Virus record (IMG/VR): IMGVR_UViG_3300049459_000229
Location: 23,831-87,830 of that record
Strand: one strand, 5' to 3'
DNA length: 64,000 nucleotides
Source of the DNA: a virus
Part shown: in pieces, positions 26,014 through 34,474 of the stretch
Position numbering within the stretch: position 1 is the stretch's first letter
Layout: each line of letters begins with the position of its first letter
The notes under the pieces: model-generated
What the model was told of the DNA's origin: nothing
Database searches by the model: none
What the model saw: only the letters and a program-made list of their open reading frames with translations
Program-made: the position numbers and the translations under genes

Positions 26014-26493
26014 ATGGCAGACTACCGCCCGCTGAACAGAGCTGAAAGACTCAGCCTGCAGTCGCAGTGGCTCAATCACCGCATGGCCGACAGCCCCGCC
26101 TGGAAGGCGGCAGCGCCGCAGCCGCGGCTCCTCTCCGTGAGCGAGAACAAGGCCTTCGTGGCGTGGCTGCCTGGGGCCGACGGCCAGCCCCAGGTTATCG
26201 ACCTGTTGCGCGCGACCGACATCCAGATATCATTCACGACCGGCATCACCGTCACCCTCACCGGCCGTGCCAGCAGCAACGGCTACCACATCAGTACCCA
26301 TCCGCGCGAGATCCTGCCGGGCGTCTTTGCCTGGGTCCCGCCGTTCTGCGAAGTGCGCTTCTGCCCTTATCAGTTCAGCGACCCGGCCAGCGTGTGGCGC
26401 ACCACCCTGCCGATCATCGTTCGGATACCTGGTCAGATCGTCTTCTCGACGCTCAAGGAGTTCCGCGACCAGTGGCCTGGCGTGAACGTGTGA
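26014..26493 (+). CDS. Hypothetical protein
   Basis: AAGGAAGG RBS; TAGAAT -10-like element upstream at 25967. Confidence 0.7.
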   Translation: MADYRPLNRAERLSLQSQWLNHRMADSPAWKAAAPQPRLLSVSENKAFVAWLPGADGQPQVIDLLRATDIQISFTTGITVTLTGRASSNGYHISTHPREILPGVFAWVPPFCEVRFCPYQFSDPASVWRTTLPIIVRIPGQIVFSTLKEFRDQWPGVNV

Positions 26494-26500
26494 GGGCACC

Positions 26501-29443
26501 ATGAGCGCATTCCACTACTACCAGATCAAGGGTGGCGAGGAGGGTTGGCAGCCAGTGCCGGTATCGCACCGTGACCAGACCATTGCCGATATCCACCCGA
26601 TGTTCATGACCGTGCTGGCGGTGTCCAAGCTGGTCGACAACCTCACCTACGAGGAAAAGCTGAAGCTGGCCTACATGGGGCCGTTCTACTCGGACTTCGA
26701 CTCGGAAGACGGGACCCTGGTCATCGAGAAGACCAACGAGTACCTCGACAAGCTCGAGGCCCTGGGCGTCAACCTTGCCATGTGCCGGCTGTTCACCACC
26801 GGCGGCCGCGGCTACCACGTCGAGGTGCCAGTCGAGCTTTTCATGGACAAGGTGCCGAAGAATGGCGTGGTCGGTCTGCCCTCGATCTACCGCGAGATGG
26901 CGCTGTCGCTGGCCGTCGATACGCTTGATCTGAAGATATACTCGACCGGGCGCGGCCGCATGTGGCGTCAGCCCAATGTCGAGCGTGACAACGGCCGCTA
27001 CAAGGTGCCGATCACGGTTGACGAGATGCGGAGCATGACGCCGGAGGTCGCGGTGGCGCTGTCATCGCAGCCGCGCGACCCGGTCCCGGTACTGCCGCCA
27101 GCGTTCTGTGTCAAGCTCTCGATCGAGTATTCCGCGGCCATGCAGAAGGTCGAGGACCTGCTGAAAAAGCGCGCCAAGTTCAAGCCGGATCCGCATGTGC
27201 GCGAGAAGGCCGGCTGCGCTTCCATCCAGTACATGATGGCAGGCCTCGGCATCAAGCATGGCGTCGGTTTCCAGGAGATCGCCACCCAGCTGGCGATCGC
27301 CGCGGTGGCGGCCGGCCTGTCGGAGGAGCGCTTCGTTGTCGAGTGCTCGGGCCTGATCGAGAATCACCAGGGCGACGGCAGCCGCTACGGCTCGCCGGCG
27401 AAGCGCACCGAAGAGCTGCGCCGCATGCACCGCTACATGGACGGCAACGCCTGCTATGAGTTCTCGGTCGGTGCCATCAAGACGCTGCTGAACCATCCGG
27501 CGCCGGACCTTGACGGCATCACGACCACGAAGGAGGAGGTCAAGGCCGAGATCGAGCTTGCCGCCACCCAGCTGGACGACCCGGAGCTACAGCAGGATGA
27601 ATATGCGGACGTGGCCAAGGGCGTCACGCTGTCGCGCTACGGCGTGTATGTCGACGGCGAGTTCGGCAAGAAGCGGGTCTGCGCGGTGTCGTTCGACGCC
27701 GCGGCGATCCTCATGTCAAAAGACAGCGACCAGATCATCGGCTACGACGCCGTGGTGCTGGTCAACGGCAAATCGGTAGGCGCCATCACGCTGGAGAGCG
27801 ACATGTTCTCCGGCCTGGTTCCTTTCAACCGGTTCGTGTCGAAATACGGGCACGCCTTTCAGGGCACCGATGCCCAGGTAAGGACGGTAATGATGCGATT
27901 CGTAGAGCAGGCAAAAAGGAAGGGCAATATCAGCTATGTCGTGGAGCGTGAGGGCCTCGACATGATCACCATCCCCCAGCACGAAAACCCACGGCTGCGT
28001 GAGCCCTTCATGATCTGGTCCGATGCGCACGGTGTGCGCCTTGAGCCGGAGATCGAGGAGACGGGCTTGAAGATCAAGTTCGCCGGCTACCCGGATCCGC
28101 GTGGCGTGTTCAAGACCGACATCTCGAATGCGCCGGCGCTGGCCAGTTGGCTGGAGGAGCCGAACAACAAGGAGCTGCTGACCGAGACGCTCGAGCATCT
28201 GTTCAAGTGCCAAAAGCCCGAGGTGCTGGGCAAGATGCTGGGCTGGTATGTGGCCTGCTTCTGGAAGCAGCTGTTTCAGAAGCACTACGGCAAGTTTCCG
28301 CTGCTGCATATCAACGGTCCGGCCGGCCTCGGCAAGACCGAGAGTCAGCTTGGCCTGGCGTCGATGTTCTTCTGGCGCGGCGAGGCGCGGCCGCTCTCGC
28401 CCGGCTCGACCAACTTCGCGCTGCTGCAGCACCTGATGGCGTCGTCCTCGATCCCGCTGATCCTTGATGAATACAAACCGCACGTGATGCAGAAGACGCG
28501 TCTGGACCAGCTCAAGGGTCTGCTGCGCGACGTCTACAACCAACGTGACCAGGCGCGCGGCGGCGGCTCGCGCGAGAGCGATGATTACCGCGTGCTGCAG
28601 TTCTCGCAGATGGCCGCGCCCATGGTGTTTATCGCCGAGGCGGCCGAGGAGGAGGCCGCGGTGATGGAGCGCGTGGTGCTGGTGACGCTGTCCCGCCCAC
28701 ATCAGAGCGAAGGCCTGCGCCGGCATGCGCACTGGCAAGCCTACTGGCGCAATCGCCACCTGCTGGGAATCCTCGGCCAGTACCTTGCGATGACCCTGGT
28801 GGAGGGCGGCGCCGGCGAGCGCTTTGTCGAGGAGTTCGACGAGCTGTATGCGGACGCGAAGCGCCAGTTCATGTTGTCCGAGGAAGACCTGAAGGGCGGC
28901 CTGGAGCCGGAGCAGCTCAAGGAAAAGCAGAACACCAAGGAGCGTCCGGTCTACAACCACACGGTGGCACGCTTCGGCATGCGTCAGTTGCGCAACCTGG
29001 TGAACGATGCGATTGGCCCGAAGTTCGACGGCATCATGGCCGAGATGGAGCAAGGTGTCTTCGCCCGCCTGCACGACCTGCATGCGGCAACGACGCCGGA
29101 GTATATCAAGGTGCTGTCCGAGATTTCCAGCATGAGCCACCACATCGAGGCCGACCGCCAGGATGCGATCCGCAAGAACTACGAGTACGCCTTCGTCGAA
29201 GCAGGCGGGCGCGCGCTCATCGAGATCGCGATCCGGCCGGCCTATCAGCGCTACCGCATGCACTGCCGGGCGACCGGGCTGGAGGCGCTGTTTGGCGGCT
29301 TCGAGAGCTTCGCGCACTCGGTGCAGGACTGCAGCGCGTTCGTCAAGCGTGGTACTGGCGAGAAGCTGCAGGCGCCGGGCGTATTCACGTTTGACGCGGA
29401 TGAACTTGCACGCCTTGGCGTCGACGTATTTAAAAGCAATTGA
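26501..29443 (+). CDS. Primase-helicase (AEP primase/polymerase fused to a P-loop helicase)
   Basis: SDFD and TGGRGYH AEP motifs; GPAGLGKT Walker A, LILDE Walker B. Confidence 0.85.
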   Translation: MSAFHYYQIKGGEEGWQPVPVSHRDQTIADIHPMFMTVLAVSKLVDNLTYEEKLKLAYMGPFYSDFDSEDGTLVIEKTNEYLDKLEALGVNLAMCRLFTTGGRGYHVEVPVELFMDKVPKNGVVGLPSIYREMALSLAVDTLDLKIYSTGRGRMWRQPNVERDNGRYKVPITVDEMRSMTPEVAVALSSQPRDPVPVLPPAFCVKLSIEYSAAMQKVEDLLKKRAKFKPDPHVREKAGCASIQYMMAGLGIKHGVGFQEIATQLAIAAVAAGLSEERFVVECSGLIENHQGDGSRYGSPAKRTEELRRMHRYMDGNACYEFSVGAIKTLLNHPAPDLDGITTTKEEVKAEIELAATQLDDPELQQDEYADVAKGVTLSRYGVYVDGEFGKKRVCAVSFDAAAILMSKDSDQIIGYDAVVLVNGKSVGAITLESDMFSGLVPFNRFVSKYGHAFQGTDAQVRTVMMRFVEQAKRKGNISYVVEREGLDMITIPQHENPRLREPFMIWSDAHGVRLEPEIEETGLKIKFAGYPDPRGVFKTDISNAPALASWLEEPNNKELLTETLEHLFKCQKPEVLGKMLGWYVACFWKQLFQKHYGKFPLLHINGPAGLGKTESQLGLASMFFWRGEARPLSPGSTNFALLQHLMASSSIPLILDEYKPHVMQKTRLDQLKGLLRDVYNQRDQARGGGSRESDDYRVLQFSQMAAPMVFIAEAAEEEAAVMERVVLVTLSRPHQSEGLRRHAHWQAYWRNRHLLGILGQYLAMTLVEGGAGERFVEEFDELYADAKRQFMLSEEDLKGGLEPEQLKEKQNTKERPVYNHTVARFGMRQLRNLVNDAIGPKFDGIMAEMEQGVFARLHDLHAATTPEYIKVLSEISSMSHHIEADRQDAIRKNYEYAFVEAGGRALIEIAIRPAYQRYRMHCRATGLEALFGGFESFAHSVQDCSAFVKRGTGEKLQAPGVFTFDADELARLGVDVFKSN

Positions 29444-29468
29444 CACGAGTCAATAAGTTTGCCATACT
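29440..29468 (+). promoter_or_regulatory. Sigma70-like promoter with a palindrome over the -35
   Basis: TTGACA-N17-CATACT; TTGAC-acga-GTCAA inverted repeat. Confidence 0.7.
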
Positions 29469-29536
29469 GAATTTTCACCCACATGCCGGGCGTGGGATCC
29501 TGACCCGGCAAGACGATAACCTTAAAGGTAACGAAA

Positions 29537-30352
29537 ATGGCACTGACCCCGAAAACCGCAGCAAACACCCAAACCGCGCAATTCGAAGCTCCGGATGACG
29601 GCAACGTCATCGAGAACGGCGCAACCGACACCCGCAGCGCAGCGCAAGCTCGTCTGGCTGAAGCGGCCGCCCAGCACGCTGCTGCCAAGCCGGCTGAAGA
29701 AGCTAAGCCGTCCGAGAGCCGCGCTGTTGCGGCGCCGGCCCAGACTGGCGGCCAGGTGGCCAAGGCCAAGCCGATGGTCAACCCGCTGGAAACCCTGAAG
29801 AACGCGTTCCCGCTCGAGTTCGACACGCTGCGTCAGCTGGTGATCACCAACGGCAACATCACGGACAAGGCCACCGGCCGCGTGCTGGGCACCAACATGG
29901 GCGCCGAGATCCTGACCTTCCAGGACCAGTGGGTGGTCTCGCCGGGCGTCGACGGCGACGAGGGCAAGGAAGCTGTTCGCTATTCGGATGACGGCATCAC
30001 CACTACCAAGGGCGAAGACGTTCAGGCTTACCTGAACCAGCTGAAGACCTCCGGCTATCCCAAGGCCAACGTTTCCGAGCGCGTGGTGCTGGGCCTGGCG
30101 ATCGTGGAGCTGAGCGCCAAGGGCAAGAAGGAGATGCCGGATCTCGAAGGTACGCTGGCGCAGGTCAGCCTGCCGCCGACTTCGAAAGCTACCTTCAAGC
30201 GCTATCAGATGGACCAGGCCTTCAAGATCGGCAAGGGCTTCATCGATGCAGAGGGTGCCCAGACCGTGCGTATCGACTGTGACGTCACCAAGCGCGGCGA
30301 CATGAGCTGGACGGTCGCTGACTTCAAGCGCTACGAAGGCAACCTCGCGTAA
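29537..30352 (+). CDS. Putative ssDNA-binding/replication protein
   Basis: Own promoter and terminator, AAGGT RBS, placed between primase and exonuclease; function inferred from synteny only. Confidence 0.55.
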   Translation: MALTPKTAANTQTAQFEAPDDGNVIENGATDTRSAAQARLAEAAAQHAAAKPAEEAKPSESRAVAAPAQTGGQVAKAKPMVNPLETLKNAFPLEFDTLRQLVITNGNITDKATGRVLGTNMGAEILTFQDQWVVSPGVDGDEGKEAVRYSDDGITTTKGEDVQAYLNQLKTSGYPKANVSERVVLGLAIVELSAKGKKEMPDLEGTLAQVSLPPTSKATFKRYQMDQAFKIGKGFIDAEGAQTVRIDCDVTKRGDMSWTVADFKRYEGNLA

Positions 30353-30373
30353 CAGCCACTCACCACCACCCTC

Positions 30374-30401
30374 AAGGGACCTCTTCGGAGGTCCCTTTTC
30401 T
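30374..30401 (+). terminator. Rho-independent terminator (cUUCGg loop)
   Basis: AAGGGACCTC-TTCG-GAGGTCCCTT-TTCT. Confidence 0.9.
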
Positions 30402-30421
30402 ACAGGAGAAATCCCTTGGAC

Positions 30422-31123
30422 ATGCAAGAACAAGAGTCGCGCCCGCTCGCCTTCGTCATCGCTGATACCGAGACCACCGGCTTGACCGGCCCGGCCTGCG
30501 AGGTGGCCTTCCGCGAGATCTGCCCGGATACGCTGGAAACGATCCGCGAGATTCAGTCCCTGATCGACCCGGAATGCGAAATCGAGCCGAAGGCGATGGA
30601 AATCCACGGCATCACGCAGGAGATGGTAGCAAGCGCGCCGACGATGGCCGAATTCATTTCGACGCCTGGCTACCTCGACGGTGCTTTCGATGGCCGCAAC
30701 ATTGTGATCATCGCCCACAACGCCGCGTTCGACGTCAAGCGCCTGCACGCCGTCGGTGACATCGTCTCCTCTATCTGTACGGTGTTCCACAGCCGCCAGC
30801 TGATCGGGACCGAAGTCCCCAACCACCAGCTGCAGACCCTGCGCGAGCACTTCGGCTTCCCGGTCAACGAGGCGCACCGCGCCATGGCTGACGTGGCGAC
30901 CACGCACCGCCTGCTGCGCGAGCTGATGGGCCGCGCCGGCCGCCGAACCTTGCGCGATTTCTACGAGACGCAGGAGACGACCGTGCACCGCTGGCCGTTC
31001 GGCAAGCACCGCGGCCAGCTGCTGCTGGAAACGCCCAAGGAATACCTGCTGTGGTTCAAGAAACAGGATTGCGATGCGAACCTGAAGAAGAGCATCGAGA
31101 AGGTGCTGAAGGCGATGAAATGA
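30422..31123 (+). CDS. DEDDh 3'-5' exonuclease (exonuclease X-like)
   Basis: DTETTG, AHNAAFD, HRAMAD, C-terminal PFGKHRG..YLLW; the start may be TTG 30416. Confidence 0.88.
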   Translation: MQEQESRPLAFVIADTETTGLTGPACEVAFREICPDTLETIREIQSLIDPECEIEPKAMEIHGITQEMVASAPTMAEFISTPGYLDGAFDGRNIVIIAHNAAFDVKRLHAVGDIVSSICTVFHSRQLIGTEVPNHQLQTLREHFGFPVNEAHRAMADVATTHRLLRELMGRAGRRTLRDFYETQETTVHRWPFGKHRGQLLLETPKEYLLWFKKQDCDANLKKSIEKVLKAMK

Positions 31124-31623
31124 CCCGCAAAATCGTCCCTCTTAAAATGACCTACGCCAGCACCTATGTGGCGCCGGGTGTGGTCCTGCGCGTGTTCGAC
31201 ACCAATGCCGCTGGCGAGCTGCTGCCGGTCGCGTTCCGCCGCAATCCGATCGACGCTGTCGAGGTCCAGCCGGTCGACGCGCCTCACGGCCAGCTGTGGG
31301 CCGAGATCGCCCTGGATTACTACAAGGGCGCCTATATGACGGACCGCATGGTCGACAAGCAGGTCATGATCGACGCGCTGCAGGCGCGCCAGAAGCTCGA
31401 GGCGCCGCTGGAGTCGGAGGAGGCCTGCTTTCACCTGGACGCCGCGTCGCAGTTCGGCTTCGAGATGGTCCAGGACGAGCCTGAGCTCTGGCAATGCACC
31501 CGAGACCAACTGGTCACACTTGCTAACGCCTTCGTGGCTGGTGGCCACTTCCAGTACGCGCGCCGCGCCGGCCATAGCACCGACCAAGCTCTCGAAATTC
31601 TCAACCGCCCTCTTCAAAAATAA
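31120..31623 (+). CDS. Hypothetical protein (MTRKIVP...)
   Basis: ATGA coupling. Confidence 0.7.
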   Translation: MTRKIVPLKMTYASTYVAPGVVLRVFDTNAAGELLPVAFRRNPIDAVEVQPVDAPHGQLWAEIALDYYKGAYMTDRMVDKQVMIDALQARQKLEAPLESEEACFHLDAASQFGFEMVQDEPELWQCTRDQLVTLANAFVAGGHFQYARRAGHSTDQALEILNRPLQK

Positions 31624-31633
31624 AGGATCCACC

Positions 31634-32086
31634 ATGAGTCAGTTTTCCGAAGCGATCGTCGCTTTCAACAACATGTACCGCCTGCCGGTGGCCGACGCCC
31701 CCAACATCATTTCGGCACAGCGCCTGCGTGACCTGAAGAAGATCCTGCTGGACGAGGTCAACGAGATCGATGAAGTCATCGGTCTGGTCGAGAATGCTGA
31801 GCAACTGTACAACTCGTCCGATGCTCGCCTCGACGCCCTGACTGCGCTGGCTGACCTGATGGGCGACTTGCAGGTGTACTGCGCCAGCGAGATGGCCAAG
31901 TGGGGCCTGCCGCTCAACGCTGTTCTCGCCACGATCATGGACTCGAATATGAGCAAGCTTGGTGCCGATGGCCTGCCGATCTACGACGAGACCGGCAAGG
32001 TTCTGAAAGGTCCAGGCTACTGGAAGCCGGAGCCGAAGATCCGCGCACTGCTGGCCGATCTCAGCTTTGGTGTCGCAGGAACCTGA
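31634..32086 (+). CDS. MazG-like/DR2231-type NTP pyrophosphohydrolase (putative dUTPase)
   Basis: DEVNE...ADLMGD...SNMSKLG.DG.PIY...GKVLKGP. Confidence 0.85.
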   Translation: MSQFSEAIVAFNNMYRLPVADAPNIISAQRLRDLKKILLDEVNEIDEVIGLVENAEQLYNSSDARLDALTALADLMGDLQVYCASEMAKWGLPLNAVLATIMDSNMSKLGADGLPIYDETGKVLKGPGYWKPEPKIRALLADLSFGVAGT

Positions 32087-32088
32087 CC

Positions 32089-33147
32089 ATGTCGACCCAC
32101 CTGATCAGCGCTCCGTCGCAGATCCGGTCCCTCTCGAAGGCGGTCTCGGCCGCTTTTCTCGCGTCCCCTCTCTCCGAAGAGGAGCGCAACCCGGGACGGA
32201 TCGAACTGACCGACCTGCCGTGGGTGGCGCCGCCGATCGCCTGTCGCGAGACGATCGGGCAGGTGCCGCTGTCCGACTACCTGAGCGTGCCGATGCCGAT
32301 TGAGCAGGGGGCGCTGCGTCGCTTCTGGATCAAGACGCTGGACGATCTCTGGAACCGGCCTAGCGCTACGATCCGGCGCGGCGCCTTCGCCAACTGTGGC
32401 TGGGCCTTCCCCAAGCTCAAGGTCGGCCAGCGCGCCTTCCTGTTTTCCACGCCGCTGGGCTTTCCGTCGCAGCTGGAGCCGACGACGGGCGTCATGTTCT
32501 CGATCGAGGTGGCGGCCGCTGCCGCAGCGTCGCTGCCGGTGCTGGATATCGTCAGCGACGACGACAACTACTATGCGGTCATGGCCGACGGCGAGATCTT
32601 CGGCGTGAAGAATGGTCGGCCGGCGTGCGAGTCGCCCTGGACCGAGAGCATGGCCGGCATGATCCACGAGCTGGTCACCGGCAGCCGCGGCGAAGCCGAT
32701 TACAGCTGCCGCTTCGACCAGCTTGCCATGCTGCGTTCGGTGCTGCATGTGCATCGCCGGCGATTCGAGGAGTTCCAGGGCCTGGACTACGCCTTGCAGG
32801 CGCTGCGCATCCTGTCGCTGGGTGGGCACTGCCCGGACCTGATCTCGCAGCTGCGTCTGCTGCCGCAGGACATGGGCCAGCTGCGCCGGCATGAACAGGT
32901 GCTGCGCGACTGCATCGACATCATCGACGACATGCAGATGTCGGACCGCAGCAAGCTGGAGATATGGCACAACCTGCTGGTGCCGGAGGTTCTCACGCCC
33001 GGCAAGTTCCGCCAGCACGTGTTCTCTGGCGGCCAGTTCCCGTTCGCGCTGGCGCAGGCCAAGCTCGAGTCGATCCGCACCTGGATGGAAGCGCAGTACC
33101 GCGCGCTGCCGGCCAGCGTCCAGAAGGAGGGCGTATGCAAAGCGTAA
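32089..33147 (+). CDS. Hypothetical 352-aa protein
   Basis: AGGA RBS, coding-like; no recognisable motif. Confidence 0.75.
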   Translation: MSTHLISAPSQIRSLSKAVSAAFLASPLSEEERNPGRIELTDLPWVAPPIACRETIGQVPLSDYLSVPMPIEQGALRRFWIKTLDDLWNRPSATIRRGAFANCGWAFPKLKVGQRAFLFSTPLGFPSQLEPTTGVMFSIEVAAAAAASLPVLDIVSDDDNYYAVMADGEIFGVKNGRPACESPWTESMAGMIHELVTGSRGEADYSCRFDQLAMLRSVLHVHRRRFEEFQGLDYALQALRILSLGGHCPDLISQLRLLPQDMGQLRRHEQVLRDCIDIIDDMQMSDRSKLEIWHNLLVPEVLTPGKFRQHVFSGGQFPFALAQAKLESIRTWMEAQYRALPASVQKEGVCKA

Positions 33148-33359
33148 GGCAGTCCCTCATCGAGACGGCGTGCAGCACGGCTTTTGGGTTCGTCCTGAGC
33201 CTGCTGTGGCAGCACTATGGCGTCAACCCGCTCTGGCGGCTGCACGCATCGCCATTCGACAGTATCGGAATCACCATTTCGTTCACCGTGCTGTCATTGG
33301 TGCGACAGTTTTACACTCGCCGGTTCTTCAACTGGCTCCACAACAGGAATAAAAAATGA
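33135..33359 (+). CDS. Small two-TM phage membrane protein (MQS.RQSLIE..., DUF7220-like)
   Basis: AGGAGG RBS; FTVLSLVRQF..RRFFN motif. Confidence 0.75.
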   Translation: MQSVRQSLIETACSTAFGFVLSLLWQHYGVNPLWRLHASPFDSIGITISFTVLSLVRQFYTRRFFNWLHNRNKK

Positions 33360-33907
33360 TTTTGATAGGGATCACCGGCAAGGCCGGCGCCGGCAAGGAT
33401 ACGATTGCCGATTACCTCGTGCGTGAGCACGGCTTTCTGAAACTGTCGTTCGCCGGCCCGCTCAAGGCGATGCTGGCAGCCGCCGGCATGCCGGAGCCGG
33501 CCAGCCGCGAAGAGAAGGAGATGCCGGTCCCCGGATTTTCTTTCACCTGGCGCGAAGCCGCCCAGAAGCTGGGCACCGAGTGGGGCCGCTCGCTGGACCC
33601 GGACATCTGGACCAAGGTCGTCGAGCAGCACATTCGCTTCGGCGGTTCGCTTCATACGCCGCACCGTGAAGCGCGTTTTGTCCTGTCGGATGTCCGCTTC
33701 GAGAACGAAGCCGCGATGATCCGCCGCCTGGGCGGCAAGGTGCTGCACGTGACCGGCCGCGCCGCTGAGCTGGGCGCCAACGCCGGGCATGCGTCGGAAG
33801 CCGGTGTCCGGTTCGACGTCGTGAACGACGAGCGGATCGACAACAGCCGCAGCATGGAATCTCTGGCGCTGCAGATCCAGTACAAGCTGGTCGAGGGCTG
33901 GGTATGA
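33356..33907 (+). CDS. Deoxynucleoside monophosphate kinase
   Basis: IGITGKAGAGKDT, SFAGPLK, QKLGTEWGR, SDVRFENE, HASE. Confidence 0.9.
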   Translation: MILIGITGKAGAGKDTIADYLVREHGFLKLSFAGPLKAMLAAAGMPEPASREEKEMPVPGFSFTWREAAQKLGTEWGRSLDPDIWTKVVEQHIRFGGSLHTPHREARFVLSDVRFENEAAMIRRLGGKVLHVTGRAAELGANAGHASEAGVRFDVVNDERIDNSRSMESLALQIQYKLVEGWV

Positions 33908-34143
33908 CCGAGCGCACCGCAGACGAACTGGAAGCCGCGGAAGAGATTCGCGAGCAGGGTGTGGTCGACGGCGTGGCCTGTGCGCGGGCCGAGCTGGTGC
34001 AGACTCACAAGGACTTCGACGGCGTGCACTGCATCGGCTGCGGCGAAGAGCTGCCGCTGGTGCGCATCGCCTACAAGCGCATCCGCTGCACGACTTGCCA
34101 ATGCGAGATCGAGCGGAAGGAAAAGATGCGGAGGCGGGCATGA
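33904..34143 (+). CDS. TraR/DksA-family C4 zinc-finger protein
   Basis: N-terminal DELEAA (DxxDxA-like); CIGCGEEL...RCTTCQ. Confidence 0.85.
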   Translation: MTERTADELEAAEEIREQGVVDGVACARAELVQTHKDFDGVHCIGCGEELPLVRIAYKRIRCTTCQCEIERKEKMRRRA

Positions 34144-34316
34144 CGATCATGGGTATGACGATCACGGGCTTTGGGTACTGCGCGGGCGGTGTAGTCGTCC
34201 ATGCTTTTTTGTCACTGTGGCATCACGGCGCTGGCCGGTTTGAGAAGTCGGAGAAGCGTGATCTTCGGCTGACGGTTTGGCTGGCAGCCGCCATCGTTAT
34301 CGGGAGCCTGCAATGA
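34140..34316 (+). CDS. Small membrane protein
   Basis: GGAGG RBS, ATGA coupling, two hydrophobic segments. Confidence 0.55.
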   Translation: MTIMGMTITGFGYCAGGVVVHAFLSLWHHGAGRFEKSEKRDLRLTVWLAAAIVIGSLQ

Positions 34317-34474
34317 AATGGGTGATCTTCGCAGCCGTGATGGCGGTTGCGGGCTTTCACTTCTGGGCCGCGCGTCGTGCAGCCAGGCTGCGGGACTGGG
34401 AATGGAATCGGCACTTCACGGTGCTTGGCCACATTGTGCTGGTGATGGCCGTGGTCATAGGGAGCTATAAATGA
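34313..34474 (+). CDS. Small membrane protein
   Basis: GGAG RBS, ATGA coupling, two hydrophobic segments. Confidence 0.55.
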   Translation: MKWVIFAAVMAVAGFHFWAARRAARLRDWEWNRHFTVLGHIVLVMAVVIGSYK

